Source: an uncultured Planctomycetota bacterium
Lineage (GTDB): Bacteria; Planctomycetota; Phycisphaerae; Tepidisphaerales; Tepidisphaeraceae
Length of the DNA: 64,000 nt
Assembly: GCA_963841915.1 (NCBI GenBank)
Contig: CAWJEN010000006.1
Span: 1,312,001-1,376,000 of the forward strand
Reading direction: 5' to 3'
Position 1 is the first letter of the stretch; every line of letters starts with the position of its first letter. Below the pieces are notes generated by a model. It searched no databases, was not told the DNA's origin, and saw nothing but the letters and a program-made list of their open reading frames with translations. Made by a program: the position numbers and the translations under genes. This document shows positions 1 to 10,594 of this stretch, in pieces.

Positions 1-75
1 AGGAAAGAAGTCGTTGGCTTCCACGGCCGCGAGGGCGACGAAATTGATTGCATCGGATTAACGTACATCGAATAA
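1..75 (+). CDS. 3' end of a gene, possibly with a jacalin-like lectin domain (partial)
   Basis: Frame 1 reads RKEVVGFHGREGDEIDCIGLTYIE* (TAA 73-75), matching the jacalin C-terminal GFHGRxGxxIDxIG motif. Confidence 0.5.
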   Translation, partial: RKEVVGFHGREGDEIDCIGLTYIE

Positions 76-127
76 CGAAGCGGAAACGTGTAAGGGGGAA
101 GAAACGGGGACATCGCTCGTGTCTCGT

Positions 128-857
128 TCATGGGCGGCCTTCAACCACCGTGCTCAGCATCGCGTGCGGGTTGCGGTCGTTGTAGAGCTTCAGCAGCGAC
201 TCGACGTACGCGGCCTCCGTCAGCTCCTGCTCGATGTCGCGTCCATCAGCCGTACCCAAGGTTCTGCACCGTCGGCGGTGGCCGGTTGGAAGAGCATCAT
301 CGTGACGTTCTCGAACTTCTCGCCGGGGCCGGTGTAGTCGTCGCGGCCGGAGAGGGTGGCGAGCAGCTTCGTGGCACGGGCGAAGGTGCTGCCGGTCGAT
401 TCGCCCCCGCGTCCTCGTCCGCCGCGGCGGGCATGGCGAAGAGGCAGCAGACGACGCTGTACGGGAACCGCATGTGCAGCGTGATCGCCTCCGTGCACAG
501 GTCGCCGAAGCGGTTCTTGAGGTTCTTCGACCACGTCTCGCCGACGATCTCCTTCTTCGCGTTCCGCACGGGGGACGGGGAGGCGATCGACTTGATGCTG
601 AGGGCGAACTGGAGGCCGTGGCGGTCGTCGCTGTAGTGACGTCGACCCGCTTCGGGGCCGAGGCCGCCTTGGAACTCCTTCTCCTTCTTGCCGCCGGCGT
701 CGGGCTTGATGGTCTTCATGCCCCGCTCGCGGAGGGCGGCGGCGATCTGCGGGGCCAGCGCGTGGGACAGCTTCTCGGCGTACCGCTTCTTCTCGCTCTG
801 CGTGGCGTCGGCCGACGGGTACGGGCCGGCCTCGATGACGGCGTCGACCAGACTCAT
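128..857 (-). CDS. putative type II restriction endonuclease, PD-(D/E)XK-like (frameshifted in this assembly)
   Basis: ORF 297-857 plus continuations in other frames (..TFARATKLLATLSGR.. and ..ELTEAAYVESLLKLYNDRNPH..*, TGA 128-130). Correcting two compensating indels near 635-655 gives GPKRVDV.YSDDRHGLQFALSIKSI; also KNLKNRFGDLCTEAITLHMRFPY. ATGA overlap with the MTase. Confidence 0.65.
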
Positions 858-2531
858 CGCTTGCTCCCTTTCCCCACCTTGCCCGCGGCATATCGACGCT
901 CCATCAGGTCGTCGCGGCGGAGCGGAGGCGGCGGCAGTCGGCGGCAGTCAGGCCGAGGCCGTCGATCAGGAGGGCGCGGTCGACCCGGTCGGCGACGGCG
1001 TCAGACTGGCCGGTGCGGGCGAGGGCGTCGAGTTCGTCGAGGTCGAGGCGTTCGCTGCTGGCCAGGGGGGGCAAGGCGATGCGTTCGGCTTCGCCGGGTT
1101 CGAGCTTGAGCATGCCGCCGCCCATGGCGTGGCCTTCGAGCTCGACGCTCAGGCGGGTCAGGGCCGACGGCCAGGCGGTGGCGAGCATGTCGGCGGTGGC
1201 CTGAACACCGTCGCGGAGGCGGACGACGTGCAGGTTGTTCGGGGCGACAACGTCTCCGCTGTTGACGACGAACCGCGGGACGCGGCCGCTCATGTAGGTC
1301 AGGAAGGCGTCGGCACGGTGCACGTGGGGCACGCTGTACCACGGCGTGCGGACGCGGCACTTGTACGCCCGGTGGACGCCGGCGGCCTCGCCCTCGTCGA
1401 GGTAGTCTCGCAGCGGCGGGGGACGCTGCCGTTGAGCAGGGGCGGCGGGACCTGGAGCAGGTAGGCGGCGTCGCCGGTGGCTTCGGCGGCGTGCCAGTCG
1501 TCGGTCGTGAAGCGGAGGCCGACGAGGGCCCGGCCCTTGCGGACGGCGGGCGTGAGGTAGTCGGCGGGGATGCCGCGACGCTCGGCGTCGGCGGCGGAGA
1601 GGTGGAAGAAGTCGTTGTTGCCGCTGACGTAGCCGATGCCGACGCGGGCGACGTCGCCGAGGCGACGGACGGCCTCGTGGTCCAGCAACTCGCGGTAGAG
1701 GTCGCGGGCGGGCTTGGAAACGAACTGCTCGATGAGGCGTCGGCCGTCGCCGAGGGCGTCGGCGTCGAGGCGGCGTGACCGCGGGAAGATGACCCCGTTG
1801 GGGTGCGAACCCGCAAGGTCGGCCGGGCCGTCGAGGTCGCGCCAGTAGATCGAAGCGTCGGCCGCACGAGCGACGTTGAAGCCGTCGGCAAGAACGAGGA
1901 CACAGTCCTGCGAGAGCTTGGGGAAGAGGCGGTTCTTGAAGGTGAGCACCTGGAGCGTGGCGAAATGCCCGCTGAGGTGACGCAGTACGGGTCGGCCGTA
2001 GGCGGCGTGGAAGGCTTCCATCGGCAGGACCATCGCGAGCCTGCCGCCTTCTTTGAGCATGGCGGTGCCGTGGATGACGAAGGGTGCCCACAGACTGGCA
2101 AGCTTCGGCAGCGACAACCCCTGATCGGCGACGCGTCGCATGGCGGTGTCGCGGGCAACGCCGTTGAACGACTGATAGCGGACGAACGGCGGATTGCCGA
2201 CGACGGCGTCGTAGGTGGGCTCGCCGTCTATCGCGAAGAAGTCGGCCCGCGTCAGGTGATCGGGTGCGACGTCAGGGGCGAGGCGACGGACGACCTCCCG
2301 ATGCACGTCGGGATCGAGCTCCACGCCGTGGACCGACATGGCCGGATCGCCGTTGAGGTCGCAGATGCGGGCGGCGGCGGCTTCGAGGAAGACGCCGCCG
2401 CCGAAGCTGGGGTCGATGACGCGGTCCGTCGGCTCACGAACGGCCCAGCGGACGAGAAAGTCGGCGACCGCGTCGGCGGTGTAGTACGCGCCGGTCCGCT
2501 TGAGATTGGGCGAGGCGACCCCCAGCGACAT
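854..2531 (-). CDS. N6-adenine DNA methyltransferase (gamma class, Eco57I/TaqI-like), frameshifted
   Basis: GAYYT, motif I IDPSFGGGVFL and motif IV VVGNPPFVRY in ORF 1299-2531; C-terminal YKCRVRTPWYSVP..DAFLTYM..GGGMLKLEPGE in ORF 904-2091; frameshifts near 1420 and 905. Confidence 0.85.
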
Positions 2532-2724
2532 CGTTGGTGAGTCTAACGCCGACCCTTACCCGATGCGAACATCGCTTGTGCGCGACGCGACTTGCGGGGA
2601 TGCCGCTGCAGCCTTAGCTGCTGTGCGGCACCGATCATGCATGGAAGCTGAGACGCCTAGTGGAAACGTCGCGCGGATCGGTGGTGGCGGAAGTGCTGAT
2701 AATCCACTAAGGACGCCCGTCGCA

Positions 2725-2752
2725 TCAACACAGCGGCGAGGTCGGCCGATAG
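2725..2752 (+). promoter_or_regulatory. sigma28 (FliA)-type promoter
   Basis: TCAAC-N15-GCCGATAG about 80 bp upstream of the ATG at 2835; same spacing as the motifs at 27358, 33750 and 56588. Confidence 0.6.
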
Positions 2753-2834
2753 AGGGGCCAGACGGGCAGGTCGTGGCCAGGGTGGCGGCGTCAGATTCCC
2801 GTTCTTCACCCAAAGACCCCTTGAAACAACAGCC

Positions 2835-3524
2835 ATGCCAAGCCGAACCAACTACCTCCCGACGCGAATCGCCGACCTGATCGAATGGGCGGTTTCCTTC
2901 CACCGCAACGCGACACTGCTCCAGGGCGAGATCGGCCTGAGCGAGCAGGCGGTCACCGACCTGTCGACGACGCTCGATCGGGCGAAGGCGTCGGTCGACG
3001 CCGCTTCGGACCCCCTGACCCGCACGCGGATTTCGGTCGAACGCCAACGGGAAGATCTGGACACGCTCAAGCGGAGCCTGCGCAGCCTCGTCAAGCAGGT
3101 GCAGGCCCATCCGCAGACGACGGACGATCAGCGGCGGCAGCTGGATATCACCGTGCCCGACCGCACAAGAAGTGACCGACCTGCCCCCGGCGAGGAGCCC
3201 GTCGTGACGATCACGAAGGTGCAGCGGCACATGGTGGCGATCAAGATCCGCCGCGAGGACGGCCGGGCCGGCAAGCCGGCGGGCATCAGTGGCATGAACG
3301 TCTACTACGCGGTCAGCGAGACCATGCCGTCGCACATCGGCGGCTGGACGCACGCCGGGCAGGCGACGCGGATGAGCCACGTCATCGCGATGCCCGAGTC
3401 GATCGCGCCCGGGGCGACCATCTGGATCACGGCCAACTACTACAACGGCCGCGGCGAGACCGGCCCGCTGGCGGACGCGATCAGCACGAACCTGCCCGGC
3501 GGGCAGGCCCGGCTGGCGGCGTAA
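2835..3524 (+). CDS. hypothetical protein: helical N-domain plus FN3/Ig-like C-domain; paralogue of 27458-28174
   Basis: 229-aa ORF; motifs shared with the paralogue (P.T..(D/E)L, DP.TR, T.DQR..L, KP, W...G/TT.R, WITA...N..G..GP); ends RLAA. Confidence 0.8.
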   Translation: MPSRTNYLPTRIADLIEWAVSFHRNATLLQGEIGLSEQAVTDLSTTLDRAKASVDAASDPLTRTRISVERQREDLDTLKRSLRSLVKQVQAHPQTTDDQRRQLDITVPDRTRSDRPAPGEEPVVTITKVQRHMVAIKIRREDGRAGKPAGISGMNVYYAVSETMPSHIGGWTHAGQATRMSHVIAMPESIAPGATIWITANYYNGRGETGPLADAISTNLPGGQARLAA

Positions 3525-3545
3525 CGAAGCATGTTAAAGCATGAC

Positions 3546-3583
3546 ACACAGCCCGCCCGGCCAATGCCGGGCGGGCTGTGTTT
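3546..3583. terminator. intrinsic terminator hairpin between convergent genes
   Basis: ACACAGCCCGCCCGGC-caat-GCCGGGCGGGCTGTGT followed by TT. Confidence 0.8.
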
Positions 3584-3634
3584 GCAGGCTTGCGTGGTCC
3601 AGATCCGGCTGCCCTTGCATCGTTCCGCTTTATG

Positions 3635-4639
3635 CTACTTCTGCGGCTCCACCGTTGCGAGGCTTGGCTCGAACATCTTTGCCGCCAGCAGACGCCGCCA
3701 TGCTTCGATGAACGGGAGCTGGTTGTAGCGATCCGGGAACTTCTCACGCAGCTTGTCGCTGACGAGCGGGTAGAACCGCGAGTCCATGCCCGGGAACAGG
3801 TGGTGCTCGGTGTGGTACGAGAAGTTGAAGTGCAACGCGTCGACCCAGCGCGGGACGATGACCGACGTGCTCGAGCCGACTGGATCGCTTTCGTCGTGAA
3901 TCGGATGCAGGAAGTGGTTCGTGAAGACATACGCCATGACGACGGCCGAGGCGACGACCCACGGGAACGGGCCAATGAGCAGGTATCGGATCGGGTCGAA
4001 CCCGACGATGGCGAAAGCAGCGACCTGGATCAAGACGATCACGCCCAGCTCGAGGGCGATGGCGCGGCGTTGCTTGGCGTCGTACTCCGGGGCGGCGGGC
4101 AGCGTGCCCCAGTGGCCGCCGCTGAGGGCGGCGATGATGTTCCGCATCACGTAACCCACAAATTGCAACGGCACGAGCGGGCTGAACCGCAACCAGCCCT
4201 TTTGCGGGTGGAACGCCGCCGAGATGGCTGTGTTCCGCTTGTTGGCCTCATCGGTCATCCACCGACGGTCAGGGTCGCCGGGCGTGTTGGTGTTGCCGTG
4301 GTGGGTGATGTTGTGCACCTCGTGCCACATCGTCGGCGGGATGCCGAGCAACCCCATGAAGCCGGTTTCGATGATCTGCTTGAGCTTGCCTCGCTTGAGG
4401 ATCGAGTTGTGGCTGAGCTCGTGGGCGAGAAAGGCGAGGCACGCCAAACTGTGCCCTGCGAGGAGGCCGAGCAGCGGCCAAGCCCACCACGCGAGGTAGC
4501 GTGCAGCCACCCAGCACGTGACGACGATGGCGACGTGCGCGAAAGCAGGAATGATCTTCCGCGGGCTACGACGGAACGCCTCCGCCGGCAAGAGCGGGCG
4601 AATCGCGGTGGAATAGGTGCGGTGCGGGTTACTGCTCAA
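3635..4639 (-). CDS. membrane fatty acid desaturase
   Basis: Three His boxes (HELSH, HNITHH, HTEHH) plus TM segments; start taken at TTG 4639 within ORF 3635-5074. Confidence 0.9.
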   Translation of the reverse strand: MSSNPHRTYSTAIRPLLPAEAFRRSPRKIIPAFAHVAIVVTCWVAARYLAWWAWPLLGLLAGHSLACLAFLAHELSHNSILKRGKLKQIIETGFMGLLGIPPTMWHEVHNITHHGNTNTPGDPDRRWMTDEANKRNTAISAAFHPQKGWLRFSPLVPLQFVGYVMRNIIAALSGGHWGTLPAAPEYDAKQRRAIALELGVIVLIQVAAFAIVGFDPIRYLLIGPFPWVVASAVVMAYVFTNHFLHPIHDESDPVGSSTSVIVPRWVDALHFNFSYHTEHHLFPGMDSRFYPLVSDKLREKFPDRYNQLPFIEAWRRLLAAKMFEPSLATVEPQK

Positions 4640-4771
4640 ATCGATATCCGTTGGTAAGTGTCGGGCCTTGCACGTGATCGTACTGCCGAACGGTGCTCGA
4701 AGATCGCTGCTGTTTTCAGATCGACGGTGTTGGTTTTGCAGAGCGGCGACGCAAGCCGCCGTACAGTTCGT

Positions 4772-6155
4772 TTGTTGCGTCGCATCCTGCTGAACCTCTT
4801 CCTCCCGCTTTGCGCAGCAGCGGCAGGCGGGTGTGCGGCCGTACACGGAAGTCGAGGCTGGAGTCGTCGTCGTTCCCGCCGACTTCTCCAGGACCGGCGA
4901 ACCGGCGATGCCGTTGAAGTGGTGGACGACGTTCCAAAGCAACGCACTGAACGGCCATGTCGATCGAGCGCTTTCCAACAACCTGTCGCTGGCCAGTGCA
5001 CGGGCACGACTCGACGAGGCCGCGGCCCTTGTCCGGCGGCAGCGGTCGGAGCTGTTCCCGCAGGTCGACGGCATCGCCGAGGGGCGACGAATCGAGACCG
5101 ACGGCGACGACCAGACCGACCTGAGCCTTGGCTTGGCCGCCTCTTACGAGGTTGATCTGTGGGGCCGCATCCGTGCCGACGTTGCCGCCGAGCGGTTGCA
5201 GGCAATGGCGACGGCGAGCGATCTGCAGACTGCAGCCGTGACGCTGTCGGCACAGGTGGCCGAAGTATGGTTCTCGCTCGTGGTCGCACGGCAGCAGCTT
5301 GACCTGCTGGCGTCACAGCTCGAGACGAACACCACGGTGCTAACGGTGCTCGAACGACGCTTCGCCGCCGGGCAATCGGGCAGTGCAGACGTCCTGCGGC
5401 AACGGCAGCTTGTCGAGGCGTCGCGCGGGCAGATCGTTGTCGCCGAGTCGCAGGTGGCGGTGCTGGAGCATCAGCTGGCGGTGCTGGAAGGCGACGCACC
5501 GTCGCGACAGATGGAGGTGCCGGACAACTTGCCGACCGTACCGCCGTTGCCGGCGACGGGTGTGCCGGCAGCGTTGCTACAGCGTCGGCCGGACCTGCTT
5601 GCGGCACGGCAGCGGCTCGCCAGCACTGACCGCTCGCTCGCCGCGGCCGTGCGGGATCAGTATCCGCGGCTGGATTTGACCGCCTCGCTCACCACCGCCG
5701 CCGAGCGTCCAGCGGATCTCTTCGAGGAGTGGCTCGCCTCGGTTGCCGCCGGTCTTGTCGCCCCGCTCATCGACGGCGGCCTTCGCCGGGCTGAAGTCGA
5801 ACGCACTGAAGCCGTCCGCCGACAGCTCCTGTACGACTACGGGCAAAGCGTGCTGATCGCTCTGCAGGATGTCGAAGACGCGCTCGTGCTCGAAGCGGCG
5901 CAGGTTCGCCTCATCGACAGCCTCACGGTGCAGCGCGACCTCGCCGAGTCGACGTACGACCAACTCCGCAACCAGTATCTCAACGGTGCTGCCGACTTTC
6001 TGGCGGTCTTGTCTGCGTTGCAGGCGCAACAGCAGATCGAGCGCGATCTTTTGGAAGCTGTCCGGCAGCGGGTGATCTTTCGCATCGGCCTCTACCGTGC
6101 TTTGGCCGGAGGATTCGAGTTGCCGCCGTACGTAGAGGAGTCGAGTCGTGAGTGA
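4772..6155 (+). CDS. TolC-family outer membrane efflux lipoprotein (one frameshift near 4835)
   Basis: OEP motifs SYEVDLWGRIR and P..LLQRRPDL..A; lipoprotein signal LRRILLNLFLPLCAAAAGGC lies in the adjacent frame just upstream of ORF 4833. Confidence 0.9.
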
Positions 6156-7359
6156 AGACGTTGTCGAACCTGCTGAGGAGGACGCCCCCGGCACGTGGCT
6201 GCGCGTGGCGGTTACGGTCGTCGCCTGCCTCGTCCTTGTCGCCGCGGCAGGCGGTGCGACGTACTGGATCTACACCAACGAACCCGAAGCTCAGCGCGAA
6301 ACGCAAACCCGCCGCTCCGCCGCCCCGGTCGAGACGATGACCGTCACCCGCGGCGACTATCAGCCGCGACTCCGCGTGCTCGGCACGGTCGAGCCGGCAC
6401 GTGACATCATGCTGAGTCCGCGGGTCGGCGGACAGATCGTCGACGTCTCGCCCGACTTCGAGCCCGGCGGCATCATTATGGCCGGCGACCCGATCGTGCG
6501 GCTCGACCCGGCCGACTACGAGCAGGCGCTTCGTGCCAGGCAAAGCGAGCTCGACCAAGCCGAGGCGGAGCTGGCCATCGAAGAAGGCATGCAGGCTGTC
6601 GCACGACAGGAGTTCGAGCTGCTCGGCGGTGACATCGCACCCGGTGACGCGTCGCTGGCCCTTCGCGAGCCGCAGATCCGCTCGATCCGCGCCCGCGTCG
6701 ACGCCGCCCAGGCTGCCGTGGCACAGGCACAGCTGGCCCTCGACCGCGTCAACGTCGTCGCACCGTTCGACGCCAAAGTTCTCGACCGTGAAGCCAATCT
6801 CGGTTCACAGGTCGCACCCGGCCAAGCCATCGGTCGCATCGTCGGCATCGACCACTACTGGGTCACGGCCGGCGTGCCGTTGCGCGATCTGCAGTCGATC
6901 GACTTCGCCGCCGAGACCGGTGACGACGGCTCTCCCGTGCAGGTTCGTCAAACCACCGCATGGCCCGAAGGCGTTTACCGCGAAGGGCGTGTCAGTCGGC
7001 TCGTCGGCCGCGTCGACGAGATGTCGCGACTCGCCCGCGTGCTCGTTCGCGTGCCTGACCCGCTGGCCCGCAACACCGACGGCCCGCAACTGGTTCTCGG
7101 CACGATCGTCGAACTGTCCATCGCCGCCCGGCCGTTGACGAACGTCGTCCGCCTCGACCGCCAGTACCTTCGGCAGAACGACACCGTCTGGGTACTCGCA
7201 GATGGCAAACTCGACGTCCGCCCCGTGACCGTCTCCTTCGAAGAGCAAGAGATCGTCTTCATCAGCGACGGTCTTGAGGACGGCGACGAGGTCATCACCA
7301 CGTCCCTCGCCACCGTCACGGCCGGCGTCGAGCTTCGCCGCATCGAGGAGACGCCATGA
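6148..7359 (+). CDS. RND efflux membrane fusion (periplasmic adaptor) protein
   Basis: N-terminal [12 protein letters not shown] lipoyl half, helical hairpin, [16 protein letters not shown]. Confidence 0.93.
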   Translation: MSEDVVEPAEEDAPGTWLRVAVTVVACLVLVAAAGGATYWIYTNEPEAQRETQTRRSAAPVETMTVTRGDYQPRLRVLGTVEPARDIMLSPRVGGQIVDVSPDFEPGGIIMAGDPIVRLDPADYEQALRARQSELDQAEAELAIEEGMQAVARQEFELLGGDIAPGDASLALREPQIRSIRARVDAAQAAVAQAQLALDRVNVVAPFDAKVLDREANLGSQVAPGQAIGRIVGIDHYWVTAGVPLRDLQSIDFAAETGDDGSPVQVRQTTAWPEGVYREGRVSRLVGRVDEMSRLARVLVRVPDPLARNTDGPQLVLGTIVELSIAARPLTNVVRLDRQYLRQNDTVWVLADGKLDVRPVTVSFEEQEIVFISDGLEDGDEVITTSLATVTAGVELRRIEETP

Positions 7360-10300
7360 GCGACAACAACGCCTTCGGCGACGCGGCCGGCAGCGACACC
7401 CGTGTCGGGCCGATCGCCTGGATGGCCCGCAATCCCATTGCGGCCAACCTGCTCATGGTCATCTTGCTCCTCGGCGGCTTTTGGGCGGCCGTCGGTGTGC
7501 AGAAAGAGGTCTTCCCGTCGGCCGAACTCGATGTCGTCGAAGTCCGCGTCGGCTACCCAGGTGCCGCCCCGACCGAGGTCGAGCAAGGAATTCTCCGCCC
7601 TGTCGAAGAAGCCATCCGCGGCGTCGACGGCGTGCGCGACGTCATCTCCAACGCACGCGAAGGCTCCGGCAGTGTCGACGTCGAACTCGTCAGCGGCGTC
7701 GACCGCATCAAGGTTTTCCAGGACATCGACGCCGCCGTCAGTCGCATCCGCACGTTCCCCGACGACATCGAGCAGCCCGAGGTCCGTCTTCGAGCGCGGC
7801 AGCAAGAGGTCATGTCCGTCGTGCTCTACGGCCCGGTCGACACGTGGACGCTCCGCGGCCTGGCAGAGCGACTGCGCGACGAACTCGTCGCCAGTGAATC
7901 GATCAGCCAGGTTGAGCTCGGCCGCGTCTCCGACTACGTCACGCACGTCGAGATCCCACGCGACCGCCTGCGCGAGTTCGGACTGACGCTCGGCGACGTC
8001 GCCCGCAAGATCGAGGTCGCCAGCAACGACGTCGCCGCCGGCGCGGTCGAGACGAATAGCGGCGAAATCCTCCTGCGGGTCAAAGCACGCAAGCAGTTCG
8101 CCGAGCAGTTCGAAGACGTCGAGATCGTCGCCGAACCCGGCGGCGCGGTCGTCACACTCGGCGACATCGGCACTGTCCGCGACGGCTTCGCCGAAGAAGA
8201 CTTTCCGTCGCAATTCAACCAGACGCCGTCGGTCGAGTTGGAGGTGTATCGCGTCGGTGAGCAATCACCGCTGGACGTGGCCGAGGCGGTCGAGGCGACG
8301 CTGGCGAACTTCGAGCAGGTCCTGCCGCCGGGCGTGGCGTGGCGGACCGACTCGAACGCCGCCGAAGACTTCAGCCGTCGGCTGACGCTCGTCACGTCCA
8401 ACGGCTTGATGGCCGTCGTGATCGTGCTGCTGATTTTGTCGCTGTTTCTGGAGTTTCGCCTGGCGTTCTGGGTGATGCTCGGCATGTCGATCAGCTTCAT
8501 CGGCGGCCTGCTGTTCCTGCCGGTGACGGGCGTGAGCATCAACATGATCAGCCTCTTCGGCTTTCTGATCGTCCTCGGCATCGTCGTCGACGACGCCGTG
8601 GTCGTCGGCGAGAACGTCTACGAACGTCGACAATCCGGCGAGTCGGCCATGACCGCCGCCATCCGCGGCACGCGAGAGATCAGCGGGCCGGTCGTCTTCA
8701 GCATCCTGACGAACATCGTCGCCTTCGTGCCGTTGATGTTCATCCCCGGCGAAACGGGGCAGTTCTGGAAGCCGCTGCCGATCATCGTCATCATCATCCT
8801 GCTCGTCTCGCTGCTCGAGGCGCTCTTCATCCTGCCGGCCCACCTGGCCCACCTCAAGCAGGCCCGGCCCACGACGCGTCGCGGCATCCGCGGCCGACTG
8901 CACGCGGCACAGCAAGGCTTTTCGAAGCTCTTTTCCCGCGGCGTCGAGAGGCTCTACCGCCCGGTGCTGGCGTTGGCCCTGCGGTTCCGCTACATCACGG
9001 CGACGGCTGCCTTGTCGCTGCTCTTCGTCGTCGGCGGATACGCGACCAGCGCCCACATGGGCATGATCCTCATGCCCGAGGTCAGTGCCGACGAAATCGA
9101 AGCCGGCGTGCGGCTGCCCGGCGGCACGACACCCGAGCAGGCCGCCAAAGTCGCCGCCGACGTCACCGCCGCCAGCCTTCGGATGTTCGAGGAGCACGAC
9201 CTTGATCGCGTCGCCGAGGGCATCAAGACCAACGTCCGCGGCGGTGGCAGCTTCGTCGACGTCGAGATCGTCATGCGTCCGCCCGACGAACGCGATATGA
9301 CCGCCTCGCAAGTCATCGACCTGTGGCGCGACTCCATCGGCGACCTGCCGGGCGTCGACCAGATCACCTTCGAAGCCGAACGCGGCCCCGGCGGCTGGCG
9401 ACGAGACATCGCCATCGCCCTGTCTCACAGCGACACCGCCACACTCGAGCGCGCCGCTAAAGCACTCGTCGCCCGCTGTGAGGAGTTCGCCAACGTCGTC
9501 GATGTCAACGACTCCAACGACCGCGGCAAGACACAGTTCGACTTCCGCCTCCTGCCCGAAGGCCAGGCACTGGGCCTGACGCCGGCCGACGTCGGCCAGC
9601 AGGTTCGCGGCTCGTTCGTCGGCTCGCTCGCCCTTCGCCTGCTCCGCGGCACGAACGAGATCGAGGTCCGCGTCCGCCTGCCGGAAAACGAGCGCGAAGA
9701 CCTCTTCGCCCTGCGCGACCTGATGCTCCGCACGCCCGACGGCGTCGAGGTGCCGCTCTACGACGTCGTCGAAGTCACCGAGGGACAGGCCTACAGCAGC
9801 ATCTCCCGCCGCAACGGCCGACGCGTCGTCAACGTCTCGATGAATGTCGAGCCCAAACGAGCCGTCGGCCAGGTGCTCGACGCCATCCAGGCCGACGTGC
9901 TCCCGAGCCTGCGCAACGACTTCCCCGGCCTGACGTGGACGTTCGTCGGCAGCAACGCCGAGATGCGCAAGGCCACCGGCACGCTCTACAACGGCTTCGC
10001 CCTGGCGATGCTCATCATCTACGCCCTGCTCGCCGTCGCATTCCGTAGCTACCTCCAGCCGCTGATCGTGCTCGTCGCGATCCCGTTCGGCGTCGTCGGT
10101 GCGGTGCTCGGCCACATGCTGCTCGGCTACGACCTGTCGCTCATCAGCCTCATGGGCGTCATCGCTCTGTCAGGCGTCGTCGTCAACGACGCGCTGATCA
10201 TGATCGACTACGCCAATGGCCAACGGGCGACGATGCCCGCTTTCGACGCGATGCTCAAGGCCGGCGTCCGTCGCTTCCGCCCGATCTTCCTGACGACGGC

Positions 10301-10490
10301 CACCACCTTCTGCGGCCTGACGCCGATCATCTTCGAGGACTCGCTGCAGGCCCAGTACATCGTCCCCATGGCGATCAGCCTCGGCTTCGGCATCGTCTTC
10401 GCCACCGCGATCATCCTGCTGCTGGTGCCGTGCCTGTACCTGATGCTCGAAGATCTCTTCGGTTTGAAGCGTCGCCTCCTGGGGGCGTAG
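7356..10490 (+). CDS. RND efflux permease (AcrB/AcrD/AcrF family)
   Basis: 1044 aa; [35 protein letters not shown]. Confidence 0.96.
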   Translation: MSDNNAFGDAAGSDTRVGPIAWMARNPIAANLLMVILLLGGFWAAVGVQKEVFPSAELDVVEVRVGYPGAAPTEVEQGILRPVEEAIRGVDGVRDVISNAREGSGSVDVELVSGVDRIKVFQDIDAAVSRIRTFPDDIEQPEVRLRARQQEVMSVVLYGPVDTWTLRGLAERLRDELVASESISQVELGRVSDYVTHVEIPRDRLREFGLTLGDVARKIEVASNDVAAGAVETNSGEILLRVKARKQFAEQFEDVEIVAEPGGAVVTLGDIGTVRDGFAEEDFPSQFNQTPSVELEVYRVGEQSPLDVAEAVEATLANFEQVLPPGVAWRTDSNAAEDFSRRLTLVTSNGLMAVVIVLLILSLFLEFRLAFWVMLGMSISFIGGLLFLPVTGVSINMISLFGFLIVLGIVVDDAVVVGENVYERRQSGESAMTAAIRGTREISGPVVFSILTNIVAFVPLMFIPGETGQFWKPLPIIVIIILLVSLLEALFILPAHLAHLKQARPTTRRGIRGRLHAAQQGFSKLFSRGVERLYRPVLALALRFRYITATAALSLLFVVGGYATSAHMGMILMPEVSADEIEAGVRLPGGTTPEQAAKVAADVTAASLRMFEEHDLDRVAEGIKTNVRGGGSFVDVEIVMRPPDERDMTASQVIDLWRDSIGDLPGVDQITFEAERGPGGWRRDIAIALSHSDTATLERAAKALVARCEEFANVVDVNDSNDRGKTQFDFRLLPEGQALGLTPADVGQQVRGSFVGSLALRLLRGTNEIEVRVRLPENEREDLFALRDLMLRTPDGVEVPLYDVVEVTEGQAYSSISRRNGRRVVNVSMNVEPKRAVGQVLDAIQADVLPSLRNDFPGLTWTFVGSNAEMRKATGTLYNGFALAMLIIYALLAVAFRSYLQPLIVLVAIPFGVVGAVLGHMLLGYDLSLISLMGVIALSGVVVNDALIMIDYANGQRATMPAFDAMLKAGVRRFRPIFLTTATTFCGLTPIIFEDSLQAQYIVPMAISLGFGIVFATAIILLLVPCLYLMLEDLFGLKRRLLGA

Positions 10491-10594
10491 CCGTAGCACA
10501 CAACAGGCTCAGGTGAAAGTTTGACTCTCAGCCGACGTTACCACCGTCCCGGGCTGCTGGAACTGTCGGCGCCGATCTGGCGGATGATGATGAC

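Noticed and set aside
8265..10115. Long antisense ORFs (8265-10115, 23946-25727, 28175-29605, 38957-40111, 49350-51599 and others)
   Set aside because: Shadow frames of well-supported genes in high-GC DNA, with no motifs of their own.
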